From the NCBI GenBank assembly GCA_016748015.1, contig JAAOMT010000572.1, forward strand, positions 310,001 to 374,000: a stretch of DNA of 64,000 bases. The letters are read 5' to 3'. The notes beneath the pieces were generated by a model. The model searched no databases, was not told where the DNA came from, and worked only from the letters and a program-made list of their open reading frames with translations. Every line of letters starts with the position of its first letter. Position 1 is the first letter of the stretch. The position numbers were made by a program, and so were the translations under genes. This document shows positions 39,060 to 52,220 of this stretch, piece by piece. The DNA is from Geosiphon pyriformis uo1 (lineage: Eukaryota; Fungi; Glomeromycota).

Positions 39060-39565
39060 TCTTAACTTCCACGATTGTCGGCTCCATTTCTTAATGAAGA
39101 TAATCCTTACATTGATGACATATTCATTGATCCCAATAAAATTAACTAATCAACAAAGCCCTTGATAAGACCAGAAGAACCATTTGACAAAGCTATCAAA
39201 ACTTCCTAAAACATCCCAGCCTCCAAACAACGATAATAATCTCCAAAAGGAGCCATTAAACTTTTTCCTTGATCACTACTTGTAAGATATCTTGCACCCA
39301 AAATTGTTACAGGTTTAATTATAATTGATTCAATAAATCACTTTCAAAATTGATACTTTTTTAAATAAAATTTTTTTGAAAACCAAGCATGAAACAAAAT
39401 CATTAAATTTTCCTGTCTTTTTTCAACTCTGAGTTTTATTGTTAATTAAAACTCTAATTTTTAAAAGGTACTCACACCTGAAATAATTTAAAAACAAATT
39501 CTCAAATATCTTTTTGCAGAATTTTTATATCAAACAATATTTTTAAGAAAAGGCTGGCCTCGCTT
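39060..39565 (+). pseudogene. Possible decayed HMG-box transcription factor gene
   Basis: Stop-ridden fragments 'KPLIRPEEPFDKAIK', 'KEPLNFFL' (resembles the HMG P-x-N-x-F motif) and 'KGWP' near 39550 (resembles the HMG C-terminal x-P-x-Y end). Weak. Confidence 0.25.
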
Positions 39566-41179
39566 AAAAAATTTAAGAAGCTTTCTGCTTTTATTCTCAA
39601 AATTAATGGTCTAATTCAATCTTGAAAACTTTTGTCTCAACAAGATTAATAGTAATACGCTTTCGGAAACAATTTGGTTTTTCTCGGAAAATCTTAAAAA
39701 GTCCACTATTATCATATATTAAATGGCCGGTAAACTTGGCCCACCCGTCAATACTTTAAGGAAACACAGAGGAGAATCATACAACAGAAATCAAAAAGTT
39801 TTAATGTAATAATAAATTTAATTTTTATTGTAAATGAGTTTAGTTATAAAAATTAGGCTGGAAAGTTTATTCTCAATTAAGTTTAAAGTTTTAAAGCAAA
39901 CCATTCAGAAAAATTAAAAGTTTCAAATTTAATATAGAATCCTTTTCCTTTTGAAAATGAGTTCTTAATTTGGTATCATGAAAGAATGATTGATGTATGT
40001 CGGCTTCGAAAAACCTAGCCCCAATTTTCTTAGAAATAATTCTAGTAGATCCCTTTAAGTTCTATTAACAACAGGCTCACCCGAGAAGAGAAGATGTCTC
40101 CCAAAAAAAATAAAAATTGAAAAACGCTTATATATAAGTTAGACGCTATTGGCAAACCTTAAAATGAGATTGGTCAAATACTAAATACAAAGATTCATGT
40201 GTTCATATACCATTGATGCTGATTAATTAAACCATTGTAGGAGATTTTTAGGCAAAGGATTGAAAATAGGTAAAATGGTATGTATATTCATGGTCATTGG
40301 GCACTTTATTTCTAAATTTTTGTTTATCAAGCTAATCTCATTCCTCAAGCTGGCGGTTCAGCATAACTTTTGGTTTGTGAATCCAACATTGATAATAAAG
40401 ACGAATCAAGAGTTTAATTTCCATAGAGTTAGAGCTCTTATTGTAACCTGAAATTTCAACAGCTAATATTCAATCTTCTAAAACTAGAGATATTTCGTTT
40501 CTAAATCACCTTGGAAATTTCTATCATAAAAGCATTAATGATAAATTTTTTACTAATCATTTTCAATGTCATTACATAATAATCCGAACTTGGACCTTCA
40601 CAAAGCCTTTATATCGACAGAGTTGCATTCAGCGATTCAAATCTGTTGAAGCCGATTCAAGTTTCACCTGCATTCCCTTAGAAAATGAAGAAAAGCTGTT
40701 GCGCCCTTTAAATATTGAGATGAATGAAAAAAGCACACCCAATGACTTAGAGTCAGGTGCCTTTCCTCATTGTATATAAAATTGGGCTTATTATTAGCAA
40801 GAATTTTGATGTAATAACTAGTATGCGTTATGATTAGTGCTTTTTCTTTTAATCAAACTTCTTTTGTGTCCTTTTAATTTCATGGCATTTAAATTGAATT
40901 TGTTCTATTATTCTTTTTCTATTATAATTAAGTTATTTTTTTTGAGCTACATTTTACAAATTAAAATAATGGGATCCCGTAAAAACTTAATAAACAAAAT
41001 AAAAGCTATGGAGTTTGGAAAGAATAACTAATCGATTTTGTATTGGAAGAAAGATAAAATTCGGTGAAATGGCATATTCTATTTCATGTTTTGATTTTAC
41101 GAATTTATCTTTCAACAGATATCTATAAATTTAATTTTAACTATTTTCAAGACAACTTTCATAAGAACTTTATGCCTTT

Positions 41180-42837
41180 TAGTGCAGAGTAAACAGTTAT
41201 TGTCTAGCAATAGCCTCAAAATAATGGTGCGTGTTTTCTTGGAACTTATACGATAAAGCTAATGACAAAACATAAAGAATGTCAGCTATTGAATAATGAA
41301 AAGAAACATCCACTGAATGGCCTTGATCATTTATACTTCGATTTGGCCAGGTGATTGAATATGATCAAGGTGTCCCCTAACGACCGCAGCCATTACTTCA
41401 TCAATAAATGAAATGATGAGCGTGATTTTTCTAATAAATTCAAATCCGAAAATTGCAAATATGAAACAAGGAAGTAAGAGTCCAATCGTCATAAGAACTG
41501 CTTCCAAGAAGGCCACCCCAAAAGTTCCCTACTTAAAAACCGATAAACGTCGAGAACATTATTAGGGGTGTTGGGATGATGTTGCCGACAGCCAGTGCAG
41601 CAAGAAAGGTTTTGAAGTGTTAGCCAATTACTAAGATTTACGGATTCATTTTGAAGAAAGGGTATTACCGCCTGGAAATTTGATTTGAATTATTGTTAGC
41701 AATTTTAATGTAAAAAGAATTGAATCAAACTTTTTATGATATTGACTTAAATGAGAACCACCAAAGGAAAGTGAACCAGATAAAAGTCTCAAAACAAATA
41801 TATGAGATGGATCCGAATTTGTTGCAATACCAACCCGAAAGCCAAAACCAGTATCTTTCGCTTCCGGTATTCTTTTATAAAAGACATAATTACGATAGAA
41901 AGCCATTGAACAACCAAACCCATTGCTGCAACGTAGTACCATTGTTGTTCAATAAAATAAATGTGAGGCCAATTACAAACAATGTGATAAAATAATCCAG
42001 ACGTAAAATGGTTTGAATGGAAGAAATTATAGCTAATGCGAAAAGAAAATAGCTAAACTTTTTTCTGTGAACAGCTCTTAAAACCATGGTCGCCACAACT
42101 GGTTGAATACCGTTGAATGATGCGTTGAAATAGTCGTTATGTGGTCCGACTAGAACATATAATAAGATGATAAAAGAGCACCAGAAAACCTGGTAAAATA
42201 AAGCCAAAACCACCAATAAAACCGCCAATTCGGCCGCCACAATGATATCCAAAAAAATTGCAACTGTTATAATCATAAAAAATTAATTTAACTTGATCTA
42301 CGGTAAAAGTATTTAGAAATTATCAAAGAAAATGGAAAACTTCTACACTGTATAGACTCGCTTAAAATGATTCTCACTGATCCAATGCTGTTTATACACA
42401 AAGTCTTCTTTGAAACGAGCCACTTTGGCAGCAGTTCCTCCCCAAGCATGTATGCCGAATTTCAGAAAAAGGAGGAAAATCTTCCAATACAAAATTTGAG
42501 ATATCGAAGTGAGGATTTCTTCGTTTTCTTCATCGGTTGTTTGTGAGGTTTCAATTATGGTCGATTCTGACAATATATTCAACTTTGTCTTATTTAATTT
42601 TTGTTTTGCTTTGATTGGATACTTTTCATGATCATGTTCAATAAACAATCTTTCTAATTCCATCCCAATCCCTCCATTGGATAAATTGAGTCATTCTTAA
42701 GTTTAGTATAGTTGAAGTCAACAATGGTTGATACGCTATCGCGTAATCTTGGATGATTACTTGGTACCTCGAAGAGATGGTGTAGCTTCTGAAGTGGAAT
42801 TGTTGGTATCCTGAAAAATTTCTTCAATGGAAGACAT
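41180..42837 (-). pseudogene. Chromate ion transporter (CHR/ChrA family, long-chain) pseudogene
   Basis: 'IFLLFLKFGIHAWGGTAAKVARFKEDFVYKQHWISENHF', 'ASFNGIQPVVA', 'LSGSLSFGG', 'IGLLLPCFIFAIFG...FIDEVMAAVV' are CHR motifs from both halves. Broken by stops and frameshifts, starting soon after the ATG at 42837. Confidence 0.8.
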
Positions 42838-43642
42838 AATAAAAAGATTAACCAGAATTTTTGTTTCTAAAGAGAAACATTTCTTTCATCTCATTTTAAG
42901 TGAATTCTTTGGGCACATTTCATAGGGCGTTTTAATTATTAAAATTATTATCAAACGCGAAATAACTCCCAACCATTTCATAAGAAAGCTTTTCGCACAT
43001 ATTGAGTTTCACTTTGGTAAATTTCTTTTTTCAGAAGATCAAAAATTTGTATTGAACCCATTCAAAGATTCTAGTTTTGATTGCATGAGAAAATGTATAC
43101 TAATGAATGGAAGTACGGCTGAATTTTCATAAAAACCCATTATGAATTGTCATACAGGTTCAAATTCATTATTTATATTTATATTTATATTAATAATTCA
43201 AAATTTTGAAGTGAAACTTTGCATTGCAAAAGAATGACTTAAAATTAAGCTGTCGAAAACTTTCAGCGCTCAAATTTAATCGTGATTGAAATGAATCTAA
43301 AAACTATTTTGTGCTGAAATTACTAAACCATAAACAAATAATGGAAAAAAGTTTCGCCACAGTTTAATTTTTGTTAGCCAAGGGGTCAATCTCCAAATAA
43401 TAATTTTAAAGGATTGCATGCCTTATTTCTCGCAAATGTATTTTCCGATTTATTTAGCCACTTTTTATTTGAAATTTTCAATTTTCAATTTTTTGGCGAA
43501 ACTTCAGAGTAGAGTTTTACATGAAATGATGATTTTCATTTTTTTTCTCGGAATCCAAAATAATAATAATATAATTAATAATATAAATAAATACATGTCT
43601 ACCACTCCCAATAAATGTTCCACTAATTTACAAATTTGGTTT

Positions 43643-44308
43643 TTACTGTTGAGCTGCAGCGTGACCAGCAATGATAAGCCCAAAAATTAGAAGCAAAATA
43701 ACAAATAGCAGGCCCCATTTTAATAATCCAACACCAGTACAATTCAAAGAGCCACCTAATCTCGAAAAATGTTTTGAAAATCCAGATTTGTGATATTGGC
43801 TTGATAATTCTGATTTTTGACCAACTTCTATGGTTGCATAGGAAGGTAGTGGTTCAATAGTTCGTAGCAATGCGAAGCTGAAGATTGAGTGACGATTCCA
43901 TGATATTGAGCTGCGATGATTATTTTGCAGGATATCTGGACTGGTGGCATAAGGTGGTGGTTCTGGTGATTCAACAAGGTTTGGTGACGAGGTCGTTGAG
44001 TTGACATTTTGGTGAAGGAATTTCTTAAAGTGAGCTGGAGTTGGAATTGAGATTACTGAATAATATGGCCTATCATTACAAGTTTCTACTTGGGAAAGTG
44101 ATGAATAAAATTGTGAAATTTGCTCAGGGGGAATAAAGTTCAGTTTTTTCAAAGATAGAGGAGCAATCGAGTTGTGGCTTTTGAAATTTTGTAAGGTATT
44201 TAAAGGTGTAACACGCTCAATTGATTCATTTTTCAGTCCTGTCTTGTGGTTTCGTTTTCGCCAGCGTCGCATTTCTATGGTTTCGTGCGCTTTCACAGGA
44301 ACTTTCAT
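43643..44308 (-). CDS. Tail-anchored membrane protein with PY motifs (221 aa)
   Basis: Single ORF; 'EPPPY' and 'LPSY' motifs; C-terminal TM 'WGLLFVILLLIFGLIIAG'. Confidence 0.75.
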   Translation of the reverse strand: MKVPVKAHETIEMRRWRKRNHKTGLKNESIERVTPLNTLQNFKSHNSIAPLSLKKLNFIPPEQISQFYSSLSQVETCNDRPYYSVISIPTPAHFKKFLHQNVNSTTSSPNLVESPEPPPYATSPDILQNNHRSSISWNRHSIFSFALLRTIEPLPSYATIEVGQKSELSSQYHKSGFSKHFSRLGGSLNCTGVGLLKWGLLFVILLLIFGLIIAGHAAAQQ

Positions 44309-45886
44309 TTTTAAGTATATTTTTAAAATAATATGAAGTTAAATAATGGTTTAGCACTTCAAATAAAAGAAAATCTTAATACTCAGAGTTTTAAATAAGC
44401 TTTTGTTGAGTTGGCTATATATTTGCAGAATGACTTGTTTCATCGCTGAGCCAGCAGCAACTGAAATAAATAAAAGACGGCAAAAACAAAATTTTTTACT
44501 TGGAAAACTAGATTTGCTGAAAAGCTTCATGAGTAACTTTCTAATAGTTCACATTAAATGGAGTTATTGTGTGTGGTTATCATTATCAAATTTGATAATA
44601 CATCAAAGAATTGTGGTTGGTGTTTCATAAAATGTTTGGCGTAACTCAAATTTTTTTATAATAATCTTCAGCCAAACTATCCCCTCATTTCAAATTTTTC
44701 TGGAGACCCAATAAGAAATTAAACAAAATGCACAAATATTTTTTAATTTCAATTCTTTGAAATTAAATATAAGAAAATGGTTATTAAAAAATCCAAAAAC
44801 ATCAAATTTGTCCAACTGGTCGCTATTTTTTCCTTGCAAGCTAAACTGGTAGCATATCGTTCAAATATAAGCAAGAAAGAAAATTAAAAGCTCTTATTAT
44901 TTGTGTTTCTAAACATAATTTAAGTCTATTTGTGCCTAAAAATAAATTTTTACGGTACACAAAAAGCTCATAATCATAAAAATAAGAGATTTGAAACTGC
45001 AATTGACTATAATAATTAAAAATACCAGTTTCGGCATGCTGCCGCATGAAAATTTCCACCAAGATTGCTCTTAATCTGCAAGGGTAATAAGATAGGCGTC
45101 AAAGATTGAGCACATGATAAACGCGAGCTTAATTAGCTAGTACTTTTTACTCAAATTTAAATTTGTTTAGAAAAAAAATAATCTTGAAAGTTTGAAGCTT
45201 CCTTATACTGGCAATTTTCTTTCAAAAGTTGCTTTAAAAACATTTGATCTCACAAAACCTAAAATTATGTAATATTTTTAACATTAATTGTTTATTTAAA
45301 ATCTATCTTAGCTTTGAGAGCCTTACTGGTCAACAAATAAATTGCACCATTTATGGCATTACAAGCTAATGTTATTTTAAAAGGATCATAAAAAACGACA
45401 TTCATTCTCGTCTACTCCTTGCTCAGAATAGTAAATTTTGCAAATTTGATTTGGATTTTCATCCAAAATTAAAAGGATTGCAAACTATGCAATTTAAATA
45501 CTTTGCATTTTTTCTATTTATTTTCCCATTTCATCTGTTTTGCAACTCACTGGAATTTATAAACAAATACATTTCCAATCAAATACCGCTTGATTCACAA
45601 CTCTTTGTGTTATGAAGCAAGTTCTTAGTGTACAGTAAAGTATATTACAATTATAACTTTTAAATTTTGAAGAACATTAATTTGCCAATCAAAGATCGCA
45701 GGTGTTGAGCCTATTGCACAAGTAAATGATCTTCATTGAAAATTTACAATCTAAGCCATCATCCTCATGACATAATATTTTAAAAAGCGTTTGTCATTTG
45801 CCTTTATTCTGTTGAGCATAAAATCCTTGGAATATCTTCAAAAATCTTCACATTTCAAAATATTTTGAAAAATTGACCAAGCTCAA

Positions 45887-46690
45887 ATGAGTGAACTGTC
45901 TAAATATAACCTAAATTTAAGCCCTTTACAACCAATATCCAGAGCTGAAGTTTCAATAATCGAAGAGCTCTTGAGTATATATATTGAGGGTAAAAACCGC
46001 TGGGAATCCGACTTTGTTATTCGTGGAAACGTAAAGAAATGGCTTACTGCTGAAAATCAAGACCCACAGCATGTTTTCAAGTTGGTGAATAGTCAAAATA
46101 ACAATCCCAGATATTTGACTTTGCTTGCTTTTTTGAATTATTGTGGAATTGGTACAGAAAGCAACCACGAACAAACTTTTTATTGCTACAAAAAGGCAGC
46201 AGATTATGGAGACCCTCTTGGGCAACAAGAAGTTGCATCCTGTTACCAACGATCTATTGGTACCAGGAATGATCGTCACCAAGCTTTTCTTTGGTATCAG
46301 AAAGCCGCAAATGCTGAATACGCAAGTGCTCAATGTCATCTTGGAAAATGTTATTTGATTGGTGCTGGAATAAAGTCTAATGGGCTACAAGCTGTTCACT
46401 GGCTTCAGAGATCATCAAAAGCCGGATTTAGAGAAGCACATTTTTTGCTTGGGTGGTGCTATGAATCGGGAAAAGGTGTTAAGGCGAATATGCGAAAAGC
46501 TTTTTTTTGTTACAAGATATCGGCTGATGCTGGGTACATTCCGGCGATACAAAATCGATCACGATGTTTGAAGCAGGGTCAAGGGACATTAAAAGATGTG
46601 CATGAAGCGATGAGAAATTATTCTAGATCGAATGAAAAAGGGAATTTGTTATTTGACTTGGGCTTTTTCGCTCTATTTCGATATATTTAA
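45887..46690 (+). CDS. Sel1-like repeat protein, intronless (267 aa)
   Basis: Repeats such as 'GIGTRNDRHQAFLWYQKAA'-type segments, 'AQCHLGKCYLIGAG', 'AHFLLGWCYESGKGV'. N-terminal domain is similar to that of the 4843 gene. Confidence 0.92.
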   Translation: MSELSKYNLNLSPLQPISRAEVSIIEELLSIYIEGKNRWESDFVIRGNVKKWLTAENQDPQHVFKLVNSQNNNPRYLTLLAFLNYCGIGTESNHEQTFYCYKKAADYGDPLGQQEVASCYQRSIGTRNDRHQAFLWYQKAANAEYASAQCHLGKCYLIGAGIKSNGLQAVHWLQRSSKAGFREAHFLLGWCYESGKGVKANMRKAFFCYKISADAGYIPAIQNRSRCLKQGQGTLKDVHEAMRNYSRSNEKGNLLFDLGFFALFRYI

Positions 46691-47332
46691 TGTGAAAATA
46701 ATTTCTTGGGTGACTATTCATTCTTTTCTCAAAATTCGTTTTTTGTAAGAATTCTGGTCATTTAATATATTTCAATGCTCAATTTAAATTTTCTTTAAGC
46801 TTACAATTGATTATTAAAAAGGAACCATGCTGTCTCCTGTGGGGTATCATAAGAAATAGGATGGGAGATTACTTATAGTTAACAATATTTTGGAGCATAA
46901 ATTACTTGCGGCTCGAAAATGACACTGCATTCGGGTATTAAGGTTGTTTCTGTGAGCCTGAAGCAAAACAATATGGGTAAAAGTCAGCTTTTTGAAGAAT
47001 TACATATTAATGATCTAAACTAGAGTTTTAGTAAAACAAATTTTCTCAAAGTTTAATCCAATAGCTATCTTTAAAATAGAAATCTTGATTCTCAATGTGA
47101 TTGAGCCTTGAACTGATTGTAGGAGTAGGGAATTTTACGAAATACATATTTTTTTCATTGAAGAGGACACATTGAATTGGAGAAAATATTTTGTTAACAT
47201 GATTCATGCATTTTAGATCAAATGCATCCAATTTTGGCTGTTGCGATTTATAAACATCTAAAAGGAAACTCGAGCTTTATATAGACCCATTCAATTTTCC
47301 AAAAAAATCAAAACTTGGTCAAGCTTTGAAAA

Positions 47333-48598
47333 ATGCTTTCTTTCATTAAAGACATCTCCCTATCCTACTTTAATTCCTTTGGAGAAGCTGTGACGGTTTT
47401 TCTTTTTATAACTTTTATTGGTATCCCAATCTCAATTTACCTTTTGCTAAATGATCTTTATGAAAACATATTTCAAAAAAATACAAATAAATTGATGAGG
47501 AAACCGAAAACTATCGTAATAACTGGGGCGAGGTAGCTTGCCATTTTTCCTTTGACTCGTTTTCGTAAATTTGTGAAAGCTGATGAATCTTATACTTCAA
47601 TCTAAGTTCAGGGATCGGAGCCGCACTTGCTGTTGATTATGCTGCTCCGAATATGGTCTTGGGGCTCTTGGCTCGTAATGAAGGTTACTTGTCGCTTATT
47701 ATTCACTTTTATAACTGGTTTTAGAATGTATATTCTTTGTAGTTTAAAATTTTATTTTTAGACCGGCTAAATTCAATTGCTAAAATTTGTGGTGAGCGAG
47801 GTGCAAAATGTCATATAATGCAAGTTGATATCTCAAACATTGAAGAGTTGGAAAGGGCTTTAAATTCATTTGATCAGTGCTACCCTATCGACTTATTTTT
47901 TGCTAATGCTGGTAAAAATTTGAATTTGAATATATTTTTTCATCTTTTGACCACTTTTAGCTTTGAAAATTTTCTCTGTAGGTCAGGTGGGAGTTACACG
48001 AGACGATAGTGGCACAGTAGAATGGGTTGATGGGTGGCGACGTCTGTTTGAAGTTAATTATAGTGGTAATGTTGCAAGCATTATTACAGTATATAAAAGA
48101 ATGAAAGAGAGAAAGGATGGACAAATTGCTGGTAAAAATTTTTGATGTGTTCTCTGTGTGGATTGACTGCTCTTAAATTTATTGAACTTATCATTTGCAG
48201 TTATTTCTTCAATAACTGGTTACTTTGGCTCCCCGAATATGTGTTGGTACAATTCCACAAAAGCAGCTTTATCATCTTTCACACGAGACCTTAGAGACAT
48301 TGCTCAAGCGGAAAGTATCAAAGTTTCGCTCATTGTACCAGGTATGATATCTACAGGTATGACCCTCGACCCTCGACAACCAATGCCATTGAGTATATCT
48401 TTCTTCGCCAATCCACAAAGGCTAGCCTATATCATCAGGAAAGGCCTCAAAAAAAACTTACCTTGTATTGGGTGGCCTTATAACCAAATGTTAAGCTTAT
48501 TTGTAGTTTCTACCATGCCACATAGGATTATTTTGATCTTATCATGGATCTTGGGAAAAATGTTTCAACTTTTGGCCAATGATCCAGCATTGACATAG
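47333..48598 (+). CDS. Short-chain dehydrogenase/reductase with an N-terminal TM anchor (324 aa)
   Basis: Exons 47333-47532, 47607-47683, 47762-47911, 47982-48131, 48201-48598 (975 nt). TGASSGIG Rossmann motif spans intron 1; ANAG; 'ISS'; catalytic YxxxK 'YNSTK'; 'PG'. Confidence 0.92.
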
Positions 48599-51561
48599 CT
48601 TCTCTCCTAGCTCAGAAAACCAAAATGCTATCAGATAAAAACTCGTCCTTTGTCCGGTTTTTATCTTGAGATAGATTCAGAGTCTAGAAAACATTTCTGT
48701 TGCTAAAATTAGATGTTTTTTTTTTGATTTTTAAAATAGGTTTGGACAGAGAGTATTTATTTAGAAAAAATTGAAATGAAGATTTTGATTTAAAATAATA
48801 ATAATTTGAAGTTCCATTTTGATTAATATTTTTTTCCCTTAATTACTGGGAAATGGAATAGAGTGAATATTGTTCTTTGCCTTTGAGAATGATTTTCGGA
48901 TTGGCAAAAATCCAGGGAATGTAGATTTTTCTGCCATTTAAAATATGCCAAGACAGTCATTAATTGTAGAGCGGATGAAGAAACGGGTTTTAAATTAGGC
49001 AGGTAAATTCGGAATTTATGAATATTTAATAATTCAAAATTTGTTTTTCACTTGAATCGTAAAATATTTTTACTCTTTCTGTCGTGAAAAGCTTCATTTT
49101 CTTCAACAGACATTTCAAGTAGTACCAAGCCTTAACAGAAGCCGTAAAATATTCGATTTCATTGGTACCCTTATTTTCAGAAAGTATAACTAAAGAGACC
49201 TCTTTCGAAAAATTTATCTTTTTAAAAGTCTCAATTTATTTTGTTCAAGGATAAATAATAATAATAATAATAATAATAATAGTAATAGTTTACCATTTTT
49301 CTTAAACGTATTTTCTTTAAACTGAGATAGTGGAATTTCATTTAGAAATGAGAAATTTCATTGACACATCAAAATTTTAAGTAAAATTTTAGGCTTCAAA
49401 ATTTACAGAATTTATTATCTGGCTTTTTAAGTCAAAAGGAAAAAGCCATGCTTACACTCTATCTCTAGCTCCCATGATTTTAAGGTATAATGTGAACACA
49501 TTATACTTGGGTTGAAAAAGCTCTAAATTATTTCAAGATTTTTTTCAAATTTGCTAAAAGCTTTGATGAAAATAAGATAAAAAAAACTACTCTCTATTAC
49601 CCCTGATTAAAAGAAAAAAAAACCAAAGATAAATATTTTTATATTTCACACAAATCTTTGTTGTTAAAAACTCTATTTTTTTTTTAATTATAATTTGTGA
49701 CAAGTTTTATATCTTAAAATTTCATTTAAAAATTTCATAATACTCTTTGAATTTCAAAAAAGATTTTGTAAAACATATATCGAGTCAAACAATTCTCAAA
49801 ACAAAAAGATGACATGTTTTATAAAATTTGCAAATCCAAAAAAAAACATGAATAAAAATAAAAAGTTTGAAATAAGAAAATTTCTAATTATTTTGAATTT
49901 AAATTCTTACTTTGATTCCAAAAATTGTTCAATAAAATTTATATTTTTTTAGATTGCAAAATTTTAAAATAACTAATAGAATAAAAATCTATTAGATAAA
50001 TATTAAATTTTTTTTTTAAAATTAGATTTAAATTCCAAAATATTTCAGCCTATTTTAAAAACTGCTCATTAAAAATTTAAAAAGTGATTCATTTTAATTA
50101 TCATCTATAACATTTGATTAAACACAAAAAAAACCTACACTTTTAATTTAATTTAATTTTATTCGATTTCTACGTGAATTCGACAATCTTTGCATTTATT
50201 TATTTTTTATTTTGTAAACTAGGAAATAAATTTTGAGCATTTTCATTTATCCCGTTTTAATTTTTTATCAAGCTCTAATTTTATTAGGCTTAAATTTTTA
50301 CTACTAATGGTTCATTATTAATTCTATCAAAGAAACGTATAAGGTTAAATTTTCATTGCTTGTATTTTTTTCTTTTAAACAATTAATTTAAATATTATTT
50401 AATGCTCAATTTTTATGTAAATAAAGTTTAATTGTGTAAAAAAAAAGATTTTTAGATCATAAAATTGAGTTAGCTGAACACATTTGAGTTCAAAAACTTT
50501 TGTGTATCACTCTGCATATAAATTTAAAACTGTCCACACTTAATCCTTAAATTTAAATGAAATATATGAAGTAATTTTTAATTGCTATATTTGTCCAATT
50601 CTAATAATAATAATAATAATAATAATTAAAATAATTGAGATATATATTAGAGATTTTACATCATTATTCGTGTAAAATAAACAAACATTAAACGGTTTTC
50701 AAACGGTTTTCGAACGTTTTTTGTGCTAAAATTCTAAAGTTTTGTTACATAAAATTATCACATGATTGACGTTATGACCAAGAATTATAATTCCATTTAA
50801 CGTTAAAGAAACATTAATTTTGCTAGCTTGTCAGCAAATGCTGATAACCTGCGATTCCTTTCATCGATTTTTCATATCTGAAATTCTCAACAAAGAATCA
50901 TTTGAATTTTTAACGTGTTACCGATGCGTTCAACCGATTTCGAAAGCTATTTGGTTTGTACATTAAAAGAAAATTTTTATTACATGCAAGCAAAAAGGCT
51001 ATTTTATTGACACAGTGTTACACACAATGGTTGAAAAATATTTGAATGGTTTGAGATAATATAATGCTTAGCTAACTGTTCATAAAATAAACTCAATATA
51101 AACATAAATTTTACTATGTCGGCATTGGCCGAAAATTTATAATGTAATGTAGCGGGAGAAGGTTTCATGGCCACAAATTATAAAAGACTCTAAGCCTATG
51201 TGATGAATTGTTGTGTGAAATTCACAAGGAGAAAATCTAGCCTAAATAATGAAAAAATAGAGCGAAAGGAAATAAATACAAATCTTTATGCATACATCTA
51301 AATCGGCGATTTTTTCAAAAAATCAAAAGAAACTTTATCGAAGTTGAGCATAATAAAAAGTGATAAACAAGAATCATATTGGTTGATTTAAAATGAAAAA
51401 AGTAGGGATTTTCTCCAAGGCAAGAATATCATTAAATTCTTAGAATTTTCTTATACGTGGAGGAATATACGCGATTATTAAAAAGAAAGATAGAATTTTT
51501 AAAGTATTGAATCAAATGGGTGAGTATGGAGGGTGTGTGTGTGTGTGTGAAGGGTCATAAG

Positions 51562-52220
51562 TTAGTTTAAAAGTATATCAAGTGACATTCTTTCACGAAT
51601 ACGATGAAATGCCTGCCGTTTTTCACTATGCCAAAAGTTTCTGATCATCAGTGGTGTACGACCTTGGGATGGTAAGCATTTCGCAATTTTGGCCCATTTA
51701 TGGCCAATCGTCCCACATTTCTCGATTATGATTGATTTTTCTAGTTCGCTTAATGGCTCTTGGTTAACTTGGATAAGAAATAAAAATTGGAAAGATTAGG
51801 TCATATTAAATTTTAAGGCAAGATTTATAGCCCATCAAGAAAAACTAACTGGAAAGATCCAAATGATGAACCCAGCTAAAGATTTGAAGAAACTGAAATT
51901 TGTAAGAATAATAAATAGTATAAAAAAAAAACAAAAAACTCATGAATTCAAAATGTCTGAGATAAAATTTTTTGCCTTTACCGTTCTCTAATTTGTTTGT
52001 GAGTTCTTGTTCCATTCATTTCCTTTGAAATTAATCTCCAACGGCGCTTATGAACTGAAAAAAGTCGTCTAAGTTCTTGGTCTTCCTGGAAAAAATTAGA
52101 ATGATTAAGAGAGAATTCGAAGAAATTAAAAAAAAAAATTTCAAAGATTTTGTAAGAATAGAAACCAACTCTGCCTGTCCAAGGCCCAGTATTTTTTTTT
52201 GTTGCTTTTATTGGTGACAT
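51562..52220 (-). CDS. Small two-repeat Myb/SANT transcription factor, paralog 1 (128 aa)
   Basis: Exons 52220-52170, 52085-51982, 51875-51850, 51767-51562: 'GPWTGREDQELRRLFSVHKRRWRLIS...RTHKQIRERWVHHLD...HKWAKIAKCLP..GRTPLMIRNFW...MSLDILLN*'. Confidence 0.9.
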
